A stretch of 64,000 nt of DNA. It comes from Patescibacteria group bacterium (GTDB taxonomy: Bacteria > Patescibacteriota > Microgenomatia > Levybacterales > UBA12049). Location: NCBI GenBank assembly GCA_023473545.1, contig JAMCXO010000002.1, positions 6,340 through 70,339 on the forward strand. Reading direction: 5' to 3'. Below, piece by piece: positions 19,706 to 29,075 of the stretch. The first letter of the stretch is position 1. Each line of letters begins with the position of its first letter. Position numbers and translations under genes: made by a program. The notes under the pieces were generated by a model. That model was not told the origin of the DNA, ran no database searches, and saw only the letters and a program-made list of their open reading frames with translations.

Positions 19706-21097
19706 TTAGAAAAGCCCTAGTTGCCTTTCGTCGGATACCATCTCTCTAACCGGCTGTCCCTGGATCTTTTCTTCGGCTCGTTCAATCTTAACCTTACCAT
19801 ACTCTCCGTCATAACCCGGATCTATAATAATGTTTCCTTCCCGAACCTTACTAATCGCCTGCGCAATTCTAGAATCCGAATATTTCTCGATATCCGTTAC
19901 GCTAGACAGCAAAAGCACGTTAAATTCGGACCCAAGAGATGAACAAAGCATGTCGTAGATACCTGTTACCTTACGGCTAGAGACCGTAGAATGCATAGCC
20001 TCGGCTATTATCTCAAGCAAAGGAACAAGTTTAACAAAAGGGGGATGATTTTTTGTTTGATCTATATACCATTTTATGCCCTTATCGCTCATTTTTACAG
20101 AAAATACCTTTCCGTAAAGTCTAGTTGATAACTGCATTACCCTATTAAGCACTCCTTCTGTTAGCCTTCGATGACAGACAGGACATATCTCTCCCTTCGC
20201 TTTTAAATCTTCCGGTCCATAAACTACCCCGCAGTTTCGATGTCCTGAAAAATGATACTTTCCTTCTTCCGGATAGAACTCGATAGTGTAGCCTATCTTT
20301 AGTTTTCCATTTCTTCGCATAATAGCAAGTCTTATATCCTCGTATGTTATTTCCTCGTTTGATATTTGTAACTTGTCATTTGAAATTCCGTTTTTGCTGG
20401 AAACAAAAACAGTTGCTTCTCTTCCCATCTTGGCCGGGCTGTGCGCGTCGGAAAAAGAAAGAATCGAACGATTATCCAACTCCTCTACCTGCCAATTCAT
20501 TAAGGGATCGCTTGATAAACCTGTTTCAATCCCATAAACAAAACGCGCCGAATCGCCAAATGCTTCATCCAATGAACCAAAGCCCGAAGCCGAACCGTAA
20601 ATCCCAAAATGAGGCGTCCAGATGTGGCAGGGGATCAATATTGCCCTGGGGTCAATGGAAGAAACTATCTCCAAAAGATTTTTCGAAGAAAGACCAATAA
20701 TTGGCCTGCCGTCCGAGTGTAGATTGCAGCCTCTTCTCGTCAACTCCTTATTAATCTTTTCGCAAATCTCAATGCTGGGGGAAAAAATAAGATTATGTAT
20801 ACGCCTTAGTTTCTCTCCCTGTGTGTAGATACTGGCAATCTCTGTTGACAAAAGAAATAAGACATCGTTCTCGTCTTTGATTTTTGATCCCTGATCCTTA
20901 AATCTATACAGTCCTTCCCCGCTTTCCTTGAGTTGGCTTTGTATTTCCCGAATCCATAATGGATGCGTAAAGTCTCCGGTTGAAATAATGTCTATGCCCT
21001 TTTTTCTGGCAAAATCAGCCATGACAGGCAGGATCATATTTTGGGAAACCGCCCGGGAATATTTGGAATGAAGATGAAGATCCGCAACAAACTGCAT
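19706..21097 (-). CDS. PHP-domain protein, endonuclease Q-like (TIGR00375-type), with a C-terminal Cys-rich zinc-finger.
   Basis: N-terminal PHP motif (ADLHLHSKYS) and C-terminal CG...CPVCHRR zinc-binding motif. Confidence 0.5.
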   Translation of the reverse strand: MQFVADLHLHSKYSRAVSQNMILPVMADFARKKGIDIISTGDFTHPLWIREIQSQLKESGEGLYRFKDQGSKIKDENDVLFLLSTEIASIYTQGEKLRRIHNLIFSPSIEICEKINKELTRRGCNLHSDGRPIIGLSSKNLLEIVSSIDPRAILIPCHIWTPHFGIYGSASGFGSLDEAFGDSARFVYGIETGLSSDPLMNWQVEELDNRSILSFSDAHSPAKMGREATVFVSSKNGISNDKLQISNEEITYEDIRLAIMRRNGKLKIGYTIEFYPEEGKYHFSGHRNCGVVYGPEDLKAKGEICPVCHRRLTEGVLNRVMQLSTRLYGKVFSVKMSDKGIKWYIDQTKNHPPFVKLVPLLEIIAEAMHSTVSSRKVTGIYDMLCSSLGSEFNVLLLSSVTDIEKYSDSRIAQAISKVREGNIIIDPGYDGEYGKVKIERAEEKIQGQPVREMVSDERQLGLF

Positions 21098-21146
21098 GTC
21101 ATACCTATTTTATCATAAAAAATCCTTGATAATTCGAAAGCGCGGC

Positions 21147-21674
21147 CTAAATAATTTTGTAAATATAGATCTTATTTTTTGTGTCGGATTTAACGGGAGG
21201 CAAATCCATTTTGTAGCGATAGCTGACAATTCTTGTTCCCGGAGTTAGTTCTTTCTTAAACTTAGGCAGCAAAAGACTCAAGACCTTAGGAACAAGATAG
21301 ACAAAAACAACGGTTGCGGGCGATAAATCCTCATCAAAAAAATTCTTTCTTTTTATAACCACTCTTTTCTTTTCTCTAATGATTAGAATTATTAGAATAG
21401 CGATGATTGTCCTTAGGGGATCAATTTCAATACCAACCCCCTTTGCGCCGAATTCTCCGGCGGCTACCCTAAGGGCTGTGGCGTCTCCGCATCCCAGATC
21501 ATAAACGGTATCTTTTCGTGAAACACCGGCCAGCTCACACATGATTCTGGCTGTTTTTTTATCTGTTTTCCACCAGGGAGCCCAGGGGCTATCCGGAGGC
21601 CAGATCCAGGACAAAACAATCAACAAAAAAACTACCAGCGATATTAGCAGTATATTAAAAATAATAAAACCCAT
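21147..21674 (-). CDS. Small membrane-anchored class I SAM-dependent methyltransferase-like protein.
   Basis: N-terminal TM; SAM motif I VYDLGCGDA and post-I GIEID. Confidence 0.4.
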   Translation of the reverse strand: MGFIIFNILLISLVVFLLIVLSWIWPPDSPWAPWWKTDKKTARIMCELAGVSRKDTVYDLGCGDATALRVAAGEFGAKGVGIEIDPLRTIIAILIILIIREKKRVVIKRKNFFDEDLSPATVVFVYLVPKVLSLLLPKFKKELTPGTRIVSYRYKMDLPPVKSDTKNKIYIYKII

Positions 21675-21721
21675 ATATTGCCTATTTTCAAATCATCCAA
21701 ATTTTCCTAAGCTTTAATCTT

Positions 21722-22015
21722 TTAAAACTTCGAGATTACTTTTCCCATAATCTCCTTTTTCTCAATCCAGCCAAATTTTCCGCTGTCCAAACTATCTTTT
21801 CTATTGTCTCCTTCAACAAAATACCTATTCTCTTTTATTTTCTTAATTCTCTTAACAAAAACCCTTTCTGTGTTTCTATCTTTAAAAACTATGATATCGC
21901 CAATCTTGGGTTGGGAAATTAGATACGGAATATAACCAGCCAAAACCCTATCGCCTGTTTTAAACTGCGGTTCCATGCTGTGGCCAATAATCCTAAAAAA
22001 GGATAACAGAAGCAT
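21722..22015 (-). CDS. sodX: S26 signal-peptidase-like NiSOD maturation protease (SodX-like).
   Basis: Ser/Lys dyad context (GHSMEP, VKRIK) and SPase box E (GDNRKDSLDS). The start overlaps the sodN stop (TAATG). Confidence 0.65.
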   Translation of the reverse strand: MLLLSFFRIIGHSMEPQFKTGDRVLAGYIPYLISQPKIGDIIVFKDRNTERVFVKRIKKIKENRYFVEGDNRKDSLDSGKFGWIEKKEIMGKVISKF

Positions 22016-22512
22016 TATTTTGGCAGAACAATCTCTCCTCCTGTCGGATAAGAAGAGGAGACCTTAACTGTTTCCCGATTTTTGGTTTTCCAAAATATTT
22101 GAGCAAACTCCTGAACAGAGGAAAGCAGGTCGCTCGCGCTTTGTTTATCCACTTCCTGCCGGGTTTTGGAAGCAAGCTTCATAATTTTAAAAACCAGATT
22201 ATGCAAATCCGGATAGTCTTTTAGGTGTTCTTCTTTAAAATAATCCCCCCAAATGATTCTCACTTCGTGTTTAACCATTTCCGCGTGTTCTTCCTTTACC
22301 TTTGTGTATCTCGCGATCTTATGCATAAATTCTTTATCTCCTGTTTCAGTTTCTTCTTTTTTTAAATCAAGAATAAGATCGGTCATTCTAATAACAGTGT
22401 GGGCGGATACCTGGGCTAAATGAGGATCGTAAATGCCGCAGGGAATGTCGCAGTGGGCATAGGCAATTTGCCTGGGCACTATTCCTAAAAGAAAGTCAAA
22501 GGCAGTTTTCAT
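22015..22512 (-). CDS. sodN: Nickel-containing superoxide dismutase precursor. The pro-peptide MKTAFDFLLGIVPRQIAYA is followed by the Ni-hook HCDIPCGIYDP.
   Basis: The His-Cys-x-x-Pro-Cys-Gly-x-Tyr nickel-hook immediately after a short leader is diagnostic of NiSOD, and the adjacent S26 peptidase gene supports it. Confidence 0.85.
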   Translation of the reverse strand: MKTAFDFLLGIVPRQIAYAHCDIPCGIYDPHLAQVSAHTVIRMTDLILDLKKEETETGDKEFMHKIARYTKVKEEHAEMVKHEVRIIWGDYFKEEHLKDYPDLHNLVFKIMKLASKTRQEVDKQSASDLLSSVQEFAQIFWKTKNRETVKVSSSYPTGGEIVLPK

Positions 22513-22575
22513 AATAACTTTATCATAACATAGTGTTTTTAAATGTCAATAATTATGCTAAAATTAACACCATAA

Positions 22576-22650
22576 TCCGGTGTGGCTCAATGGTAGAGCG
22601 GCTCCCTGTTAAGGAGATGGTTGTAGGTTCGAGTCCTACCGCCGGAGCCA
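22576..22650 (+). tRNA. tRNA-Asn (anticodon GTT) with encoded CCA.
   Basis: Hand-folded cloverleaf: acceptor TCCGGTG/CGCCGGA (one G-U pair), D-arm GCTC/GAGC, anticodon loop CTGTTAA, T-arm GTAGG-TTCGAGT-CCTAC, discriminator G + CCA. Confidence 0.85.
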
Positions 22651-24111
22651 AAGTTGACGAGAGGCGTAAAAAGCTATCTTGTCAAACGGATTTATCCAGT
22701 CATATCGGGCTTTTTTACCCTTCAGTTCTAAGTTCTGAAGTGCCATCTTCAAAAGTAGCCGTTTTTCGTGGGCTTCAGAACTCTCAAAGACTTTTCCAGC
22801 GTTTTCAGCCAGCTTTAGCAGGTAAGATGAGGTGATATAGTATTCCTCATCGGCAAATTGTAGCTTCTCAATTTTCTTGTTGATAGCCTTTTGTTTTGCC
22901 CGATACTCTTTTCGTTTTTTCTCATAGTAGCTCTCAGTAATACTGCCGTCTATTTTGTCTTCCCAAGCCCGCTCAATGCGGTTCTCGTATTTTTTGTATT
23001 CCGATTGGTAGCGATTAAGCAGGCTTTGATGAAACTCTGATTTGTCCTTATGTGAGCTTTTCAGGGAAGTGGCTATATCCTCAACTACATCAGGGGGCAT
23101 TTGGAGCTTGTCAAACAGGCTTACAAACTGTTTGGTTAAGTCGTCTTCTGTTAGCCACTCAGCCCCGTGTTTACCGTTATATTGAGTGCAGTGGTAGTAG
23201 TGATAGACATTTCCGCTTTTCTTTATCTTACGCTCAGGCGTAATCATACAACCGCAGTCGGCACACCTGATTAAGCCTCTATAAGGAAAAGCCAAGCCCG
23301 CATACTTAAAGCGTTTTTTGTTAAACCCTGCTTTTATATCCTGCACTTTGTCAAAAAGTTCTTGGTCAATTACTCGGTCGTAGTTGTGCGTGTATTCTTG
23401 CCCATCATAAAGCATTGTCCCGCAGTAAAAGGGGTTTTTGAGGATAAAATCAATCTTGCCTTTGGAAAAGTCAAAGCCAAACACTTCTTTAATTTTGTTT
23501 CTTACTTCAAGCATTGAGTAACTGCCTGTGGAATACCACTGATACATTTTCTCAACTATCTCTGCCTCTGGTTCGTCAATGCCTATCCATTTTGAGCCGT
23601 CCTCTCTGGTTATATTTTTGTAGCCGTAAGGGGCTTTACCAGGATACTCGTTTTTGCTTATCTTGAACTTGGCGGTATTGATAGCGTCTTCTTTGAGGCG
23701 GTTAAGGTATTGCTTAGCAAGAAAGACCTTCAAGTCCCAATCCTGAATATCCCTGCCAACGCTATCTTTGTTGATAACAAGGTGGTCGTAAACAAAGTGA
23801 ATTTCCTTGCCATAGTCCAGCCGTAGTTCATCAATCTTAACGGCATCTCGGTAGTTTCTGGTTATGCGGTCAACTCGGTAGGAAATGATAACTTTTATGT
23901 CGTCGCTTGCCTTAACAAACTCAATCATTTCGTTAAAGCGTTTGCGTATCTTGTAGTCGGCACTTTCGCTAAAAACAAACTCTTTGACCACCTCAAAATC
24001 TCTTTTGACCGCATAATCTCTAAGTTCAGGGAGTTGAATGTCCTTGAGCGATAAGCCTTCTTTTTCTTGTTTGAGTGTTGATACTCTGGCTAAAATTACG
24101 GCTTTGGTCAT
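22636..24111 (-). CDS. Large serine recombinase (integrase): resolvase catalytic domain, recombinase domain and zinc ribbon. Its 3' end overlaps the tRNA-Asn 3' end.
   Basis: N-terminal resolvase motif (AVILARVSTLKQ...SLKDIQ; YRVDRITR), C-terminal zinc ribbon (RCADCGCMITPE) and coiled-coil. Confidence 0.85.
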   Translation of the reverse strand: MTKAVILARVSTLKQEKEGLSLKDIQLPELRDYAVKRDFEVVKEFVFSESADYKIRKRFNEMIEFVKASDDIKVIISYRVDRITRNYRDAVKIDELRLDYGKEIHFVYDHLVINKDSVGRDIQDWDLKVFLAKQYLNRLKEDAINTAKFKISKNEYPGKAPYGYKNITREDGSKWIGIDEPEAEIVEKMYQWYSTGSYSMLEVRNKIKEVFGFDFSKGKIDFILKNPFYCGTMLYDGQEYTHNYDRVIDQELFDKVQDIKAGFNKKRFKYAGLAFPYRGLIRCADCGCMITPERKIKKSGNVYHYYHCTQYNGKHGAEWLTEDDLTKQFVSLFDKLQMPPDVVEDIATSLKSSHKDKSEFHQSLLNRYQSEYKKYENRIERAWEDKIDGSITESYYEKKRKEYRAKQKAINKKIEKLQFADEEYYITSSYLLKLAENAGKVFESSEAHEKRLLLKMALQNLELKGKKARYDWINPFDKIAFYASRQLWLRR

Positions 24112-24112
24112 A

Positions 24113-25483
24113 TCAGTTCAAAATCATAGCCTCAACTTGTTTTTTTGCTTCATTTAATAACTTAGAGGCTTCGGTTTTTAGTTTTTCTACTTCTTGATAT
24201 TTTTCCATAACTTTATTTGAAATATCTTTCTGCTTTTCTAGTGGGGGTAAAGGTAATAAGAAGCTCTGTATTGTAGGAATTGTAATGTTGCCTTGAATTG
24301 CCCCGATACGCTCTCTTTGGACTAGTAATTTTGAAATATCGCTATTCAGCCAGACTGATGCATAATTGTTATTAAGTTGCTCATTAAGCCTAAACTTAAT
24401 CATAAAAGAGCCATAAGCAAAGCCGTCAGCTTTTTTAGGAACTACCGCTACTATACCTATGCTTCCACTTCTTGAGATGAGCAGGTCATTTTCGTAAACA
24501 AAACAGTTGCCTATTTCTTTTTCCTTACTTTTTGGTAGATGAACAACATCAGTTAAATCTATATGATTAGGTTTTAGATTTAATATCCTAAGCAATGGTA
24601 TACCGTCAGCCATATAATCGTTTTTAACAGAAGCCCCGTAACGGATTTCGGTTATATAGTTACCAAGCTCTTTAATCGGGTATTTGCTACTCTTGAGTTG
24701 GTTTATGGTCGTCGCAAACTTTGGATTGTGATAATAGGGGTCTTGGCGGTTGCCATCTAGGTCTTGTGAGTTGACGGTATAGATTTTTTCTTCCTCTGGC
24801 TCTTGGTAGTCTATGCCTAGCTGTTGCCTTACAAAGCCATCAATAGAGCTTAGTAGCTCGTCGGCTTGTTTTAGTTTTTGTTCTCTTGTTTCATAGGCTT
24901 TTTTTAATAAGTTGGTTATCTGTTTTTGTTTCTCTTCTGGCAATATGGGTATTAGCAGGTCTTCAACATCTTTAGTTTGTAATCTGGGCAATGTATTGCC
25001 CGTCATCAAGTAAGATGTTTGATTGACAACTAGATGAGAGCTAAGAAAAGCAAAGAGATAGTAGTTACTGCACTTGTGGGCTTCCAAAATATGGAACTCA
25101 GTTGAACATATCCCCTCGGTTGTAGCTAAGTGAACTTTGTTTAGGTATGGTCGTAATTTTGGAAAAAGAATGTTGCCAGCATTAAAGCTAAACGCACTAC
25201 CAAACTCTTTGCCTTGATCAACATCAGAAGCTATACCCGTATCACCTTCTATATTTTCAAGACCAAAATAGGGCGTGTCTTCGCTTGCTTCGCTAACAAT
25301 ATCTCTTTTGAATGTTGCTACTTGGCTAAGAGGCAAAACATCACAACTGAGTGATTTAATTCTTTTGACGGCATTTAGCCTAGTTGGGTGGTATGCACTA
25401 GGGTCAAGTCTTCCCTCAAGGTCATTGTAATTAACAAAATAAGTGTTCATATTAACCCTTGTAACCAGGTGTATTTTTAACAA
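24113..25483 (-). CDS. Restriction-modification specificity subunit (HsdS-like, two target-recognition domains). The true start is probably the internal Met at about 25450.
   Basis: Two TRD halves, each followed by a conserved coiled-coil spacer (EEKQKQITNLLKK...; LEKQKDISNKVMEKYQE). Confidence 0.8.
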   Translation of the reverse strand: MLKIHLVTRVNMNTYFVNYNDLEGRLDPSAYHPTRLNAVKRIKSLSCDVLPLSQVATFKRDIVSEASEDTPYFGLENIEGDTGIASDVDQGKEFGSAFSFNAGNILFPKLRPYLNKVHLATTEGICSTEFHILEAHKCSNYYLFAFLSSHLVVNQTSYLMTGNTLPRLQTKDVEDLLIPILPEEKQKQITNLLKKAYETREQKLKQADELLSSIDGFVRQQLGIDYQEPEEEKIYTVNSQDLDGNRQDPYYHNPKFATTINQLKSSKYPIKELGNYITEIRYGASVKNDYMADGIPLLRILNLKPNHIDLTDVVHLPKSKEKEIGNCFVYENDLLISRSGSIGIVAVVPKKADGFAYGSFMIKFRLNEQLNNNYASVWLNSDISKLLVQRERIGAIQGNITIPTIQSFLLPLPPLEKQKDISNKVMEKYQEVEKLKTEASKLLNEAKKQVEAMILN

Positions 25484-27278
25484 ACCGCTTATACTCCTCT
25501 CGGATTTCCGTTAGGTCGTTCTTTGGGTCTTTTCTGCCCGTTGCGTCGTAGCCTATATGGTCGGCAATAGCCATAAAGATAGGATAATTACCTAGTTTTT
25601 CGTTATCGCTTTTGCGTCTGAGGAAAACCAGAGAGGACTTAACCCCAGCTCCAAAGTGAGCAAAGGCAAATTGTGGTAGGGACACAATCGCTTCTATCTG
25701 GCATTTGTCCATTATGTAATCCCTTACATACTGCAAAGAGGAGTTAGATAAAATACCGTCGGGCAAGACTATGGCAATCCTGCCCGTTTTGGGTTTGACA
25801 AAGTTCACACAACGCTCAATAAACAGAATTTCTGTTTTTTGGTTTTTCTTGCCTTTGCCAAGCTCGTAATGGTCAAGGTAGTTTTTCTCGGTTGATTTAA
25901 CCGTTGCCCCAAAAGGGGGATTGGTGAGAATTAGGTCAAAACGGTCTTTGCCAAACTTAGTGTGCAGGTCGTTTATCTCGCTAAAATCTCTCAAGCTGTC
26001 GGTGCTGATGATATTGGTGTGTCCGTCGTCGTGGATAATCATATTCATCTTGCAGACCCTTGCTATCTGGTCGTTTATCTCAATACCATAAAGGTTATTC
26101 ATCGCAAAACTATGCCAGTATTCTTTGGCTTCCCAGTCGTCGTAGTTTGCCTCTGCGAAGTTTCTCACTTCATCAAGCGAGTTGAGCAAAAAGCCCCCGC
26201 TACCGCAAGCGGGGTCTAGGACTAAATCGCCTCGTTGCGGGTTCATCATTTCAACGCAAAACCTGATGATTTCTCTTGGGGTAAAGAACTGTCCCATCTT
26301 GCCCTTAAAGAAGTCTTCCATAAACCGCTCAAAAGCAATTCCTTTGGTGTCTAGGTCAATTTTGTTAATAGCTAGCCCCTGTAAATGTTCTACAACGCTG
26401 TAAACAACTTTCGGGTCAAGCCTGATGTCTTCCTTAAAGACTTCGCTGTCTTCCTGTTTGGCTTTGAGGTAAATAGAGTTGACCCGCTTAAATACTTCGT
26501 CGGCTGTTTCGTGTGTGCCAATTTGGAATTTGTAAGGCTCGCCTCGTTTGGTTAGCTTTTCGTCTCTTAACTTGCAGAACAAAAGTTTAGACACTTCATC
26601 AAAGGCGGTTGTTGGAGCTAATTTGCCACCTTGCCAGACAGTATCGTGGCTCTTGCCAAGAGCGGTTATCAACTCATCTTTGGAAACGGTTTTAAGCTCT
26701 TTGTCTTCTTCTCCTTTAATAAACCTGTATTTGGGCGTTCTGCCGTATTTAACGGGAATATCGGCAATGACATTTTTCTCTCGCTCGCTTGGCTTAAAAC
26801 CCGCAATATCAAAAGCAGTTTTGGTCGTGCCAGCTACCACTATGGCAAACTTGGCTCTTAGGCTGTTGGCGTTACCAAAGGCTTGCTCTATGGCTTGCTT
26901 AAACTCGGCGTCGGTTACCCCGTCTTTTTTGCACTCAACGATAAGGTAGGGGGTCTTGAGGTCATCGTCTTCGTAAATAACAATATCTGCTCGGTCTTCT
27001 GGGGTTCTTCTTGGGACAGTTACCTCAATGTCAATCTGGTTTTGGGGATATTGGTAGTCAAGGACAAGCTCAACAAAATAGGAAGCTCTAATCGTTTCTT
27101 CTGGGTTTTTGAACGAGGTTGAGTAATCCCTTGAGCAATGGTAGATAATGCGGGCGTTATCGTCAGTAAAAGAGATTAAGCCCTCTTGCTTGCCTCTTTC
27201 AATGTTTCTTAAAAAGATTGAGCCTCTGTCGTTGTTATTTGTCATTTTTCCTTTCATAACTGGTAATAAAGCGGTCAA
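25452..27278 (-). CDS. Fused restriction endonuclease-methyltransferase subunit (BcgI A-like): N-terminal PD-(D/E)xK nuclease (HSDR_N-like) plus gamma-class N6-adenine methyltransferase.
   Basis: Nuclease motif D(IVIYEDD)...LIVECKK in the first 120 aa; MTase motif I LDPACGSGGFL; motif IV LTNPPFG. Confidence 0.8.
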   Translation of the reverse strand: MTALLPVMKGKMTNNNDRGSIFLRNIERGKQEGLISFTDDNARIIYHCSRDYSTSFKNPEETIRASYFVELVLDYQYPQNQIDIEVTVPRRTPEDRADIVIYEDDDLKTPYLIVECKKDGVTDAEFKQAIEQAFGNANSLRAKFAIVVAGTTKTAFDIAGFKPSEREKNVIADIPVKYGRTPKYRFIKGEEDKELKTVSKDELITALGKSHDTVWQGGKLAPTTAFDEVSKLLFCKLRDEKLTKRGEPYKFQIGTHETADEVFKRVNSIYLKAKQEDSEVFKEDIRLDPKVVYSVVEHLQGLAINKIDLDTKGIAFERFMEDFFKGKMGQFFTPREIIRFCVEMMNPQRGDLVLDPACGSGGFLLNSLDEVRNFAEANYDDWEAKEYWHSFAMNNLYGIEINDQIARVCKMNMIIHDDGHTNIISTDSLRDFSEINDLHTKFGKDRFDLILTNPPFGATVKSTEKNYLDHYELGKGKKNQKTEILFIERCVNFVKPKTGRIAIVLPDGILSNSSLQYVRDYIMDKCQIEAIVSLPQFAFAHFGAGVKSSLVFLRRKSDNEKLGNYPIFMAIADHIGYDATGRKDPKNDLTEIREEYKRFVKNTPGYKG

Positions 27279-27438
27279 GGTCGGGTTTGTTTATGCGGTA
27301 TTGTTTACCCGCTTTATACGCCTTGAGCTTGCCGTCCTGTATCCAGCGATAGACCGTCAGATAAACCACCTTGAGCATTTTTGCCACTTCTTCTATGGTG
27401 TAGTATTTTTCTTCTGTCATATTAGCTGTATTTAACAT
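27235..27438 (-). CDS. Excisionase/MerR-like HTH DNA-binding protein.
   Basis: YTIEEVAKMLKVVYLTVYRWIQDGKLKAYK matches excisionase-family HTH proteins; the location in a mobile element supports it. Confidence 0.55.
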   Translation of the reverse strand: MLNTANMTEEKYYTIEEVAKMLKVVYLTVYRWIQDGKLKAYKAGKQYRINKPDLDRFITSYERKNDK

Positions 27439-28594
27439 TATTTAACATTTCTTCTTGATTTGCAAGTAGTTTTAATGGCTCAAAATCAGTTATCTGCTTT
27501 CGGAGTAGAGAGAATACGCTAACCTCATCAGCATAGTTAAGTTTTTGGATTTTCTTGTTTAGACTATACCAGTAGTAATTGCCGTGTCTTTTAGTCATCT
27601 GCCTGTAATCCCTTACACCAATTTCCTCAAGCAACATTCTGAAGCCAGTAAGCTCAAGAGCTTGAGTGGGTTTCAGTTTTGGGTTTGCTACCAATAGTCT
27701 CTCAAAGAACTTTTTAGGGCTGTCGTATTGATATGTCAGTAAAGTCGGATAGGCTTCTTCAATCTCGTTGATGTAATAAAGCAATACCCTTTTAGCCGTA
27801 TCTTGGTTAAAGATGTTTGTAAAAGTTGGTTCTACTTTTTTACCAATTTTGTTGAGGATTTGGTTGATTTTCTGCCGTTTGTTTAGCCGTATCTCAACTC
27901 GCAATACCTCAAATGGTTTTCGTTGGGTCAGAACATCAAATAAGCCAAGCTGCAGGGCATTATCCTTTTCTTCAGCTCGTTTTTCGCTAATTTTAGCTTG
28001 CTCTAAGTCCTTGATTTTGTCGTAAAAAACAATCTCAAACGAGTTAGCCCGATACTTGAAGCTATGCCCCTCGTTCCTAAAATCAGTTCTGTTTGTATCC
28101 AGCCGTTTATTGATATTGAGCTTGGTTAGTTGTTCAAGGTAAGTATAGGGCGTCGTATAGTCAGTTAAGGCTATATTTTTAGAGTAATGGACTGATGAAA
28201 CGGGAGCGTTTATCAGGTTTTTCTCAAAGAGGTAAACACCCATTTCTTTTAGGACGGCTTTAAGTTTTTGGATGATAGTAGGAAAATCAGTGTCCGTTAG
28301 CTCGTCAAAGTTATTGCCGTAAAGCAGTTTTGGAATAGAAAATTCAATTTTAAGCGGCATCTCAAAATTACCCTCTCGGTTTATCCGCTTGGTAACAGTT
28401 AGTCTGGGCTTATAAAGACCTCTCTTAAGTTCATTTGCAGTTGGGTTTTGCTTGCAAGTGATATTAGACCTACCACCCAAACGATAATAGCCAGTAGTTG
28501 GGTCAGTAAGCCCTCTGGTTGACGGACTAAAAAAGTCAGGTTCAAATATCGTATACATACCTGTATTAAGGGTTAAAACGATTGTGTCTATCAT
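27422..28594 (-). CDS. Hypothetical element protein, possibly a replication/initiator-type protein; no confident family.
   Basis: 390-aa ORF overlapping its neighbours on both sides in the element cargo. Confidence 0.3.
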   Translation of the reverse strand: MIDTIVLTLNTGMYTIFEPDFFSPSTRGLTDPTTGYYRLGGRSNITCKQNPTANELKRGLYKPRLTVTKRINREGNFEMPLKIEFSIPKLLYGNNFDELTDTDFPTIIQKLKAVLKEMGVYLFEKNLINAPVSSVHYSKNIALTDYTTPYTYLEQLTKLNINKRLDTNRTDFRNEGHSFKYRANSFEIVFYDKIKDLEQAKISEKRAEEKDNALQLGLFDVLTQRKPFEVLRVEIRLNKRQKINQILNKIGKKVEPTFTNIFNQDTAKRVLLYYINEIEEAYPTLLTYQYDSPKKFFERLLVANPKLKPTQALELTGFRMLLEEIGVRDYRQMTKRHGNYYWYSLNKKIQKLNYADEVSVFSLLRKQITDFEPLKLLANQEEMLNNVKYS

Positions 28595-28859
28595 AGTTGT
28601 TCATTACTTCTTCAAACCGCCTTACAATTTCGTTTTCTATTAACTGGGCAAACTCTCGGTTAATCGGATAAAAAATGTTGAGGCTTCTATCGGCTACCTT
28701 TTTAGTGGGGTAAACGAGCCTGTAGCTCCCATTAGGACGGGTCATAATGCCGATTGAGCCCAGATAGAGGTTTTGGTCTAAGACAAAGCTCGCAAATGCC
28801 ACTAAGCCGTTTTGCGGTTTTATAGGTATGATTTGAATTTCACTTAATCGGTTTGTCAT
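28566..28859 (-). CDS. SpoVG-family protein.
   Basis: LVAFASFVLDQNLYLGSIGIMTRPNGSYRLVYPTKK aligns with the SpoVG core (KAFASITLD..FVVHDIRVI.G.NGLFVAMPS.K). Confidence 0.55.
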   Translation of the reverse strand: MTNRLSEIQIIPIKPQNGLVAFASFVLDQNLYLGSIGIMTRPNGSYRLVYPTKKVADRSLNIFYPINREFAQLIENEIVRRFEEVMNNYDRHNRFNP

Positions 28860-28946
28860 AAGTCCTCGTTACATTTTCCCTGCGGTCAATTTCTATAAGC
28901 ACAGCAAAGAAATCAGCTAATCGCTTCTTTTCTTCAGGCGTCAAAA

Positions 28947-28967
28947 CAAACCCCTTTTTCAGGGGTT
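28947..28967 (-). terminator. Candidate intrinsic terminator on the - strand: stem AAACCCC/GGGGTTT with a 7-nt loop, followed by GTTTTG. It lies about 110 nt downstream of the 482-aa gene.
   Basis: Perfect 7-bp inverted repeat seen in the sequence, with a U-rich tract on the transcribed strand. Confidence 0.35.
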
Positions 28968-29075
28968 TAATCTTCTCAAGCTGAATGACTTTGCCGTTTT
29001 CCATTAAGCAAAGTCTAAGAAAAGAGGTGTGAGCTGAAGTTGTATTGCAGTTAGCTAACTGTTAGCTAATGCTGA

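Noticed and set aside
22533-22835. 100-aa + strand ORF.
   Set aside because: It is read through the tRNA-Asn gene and is antisense to the integrase 3' end; an artefact.
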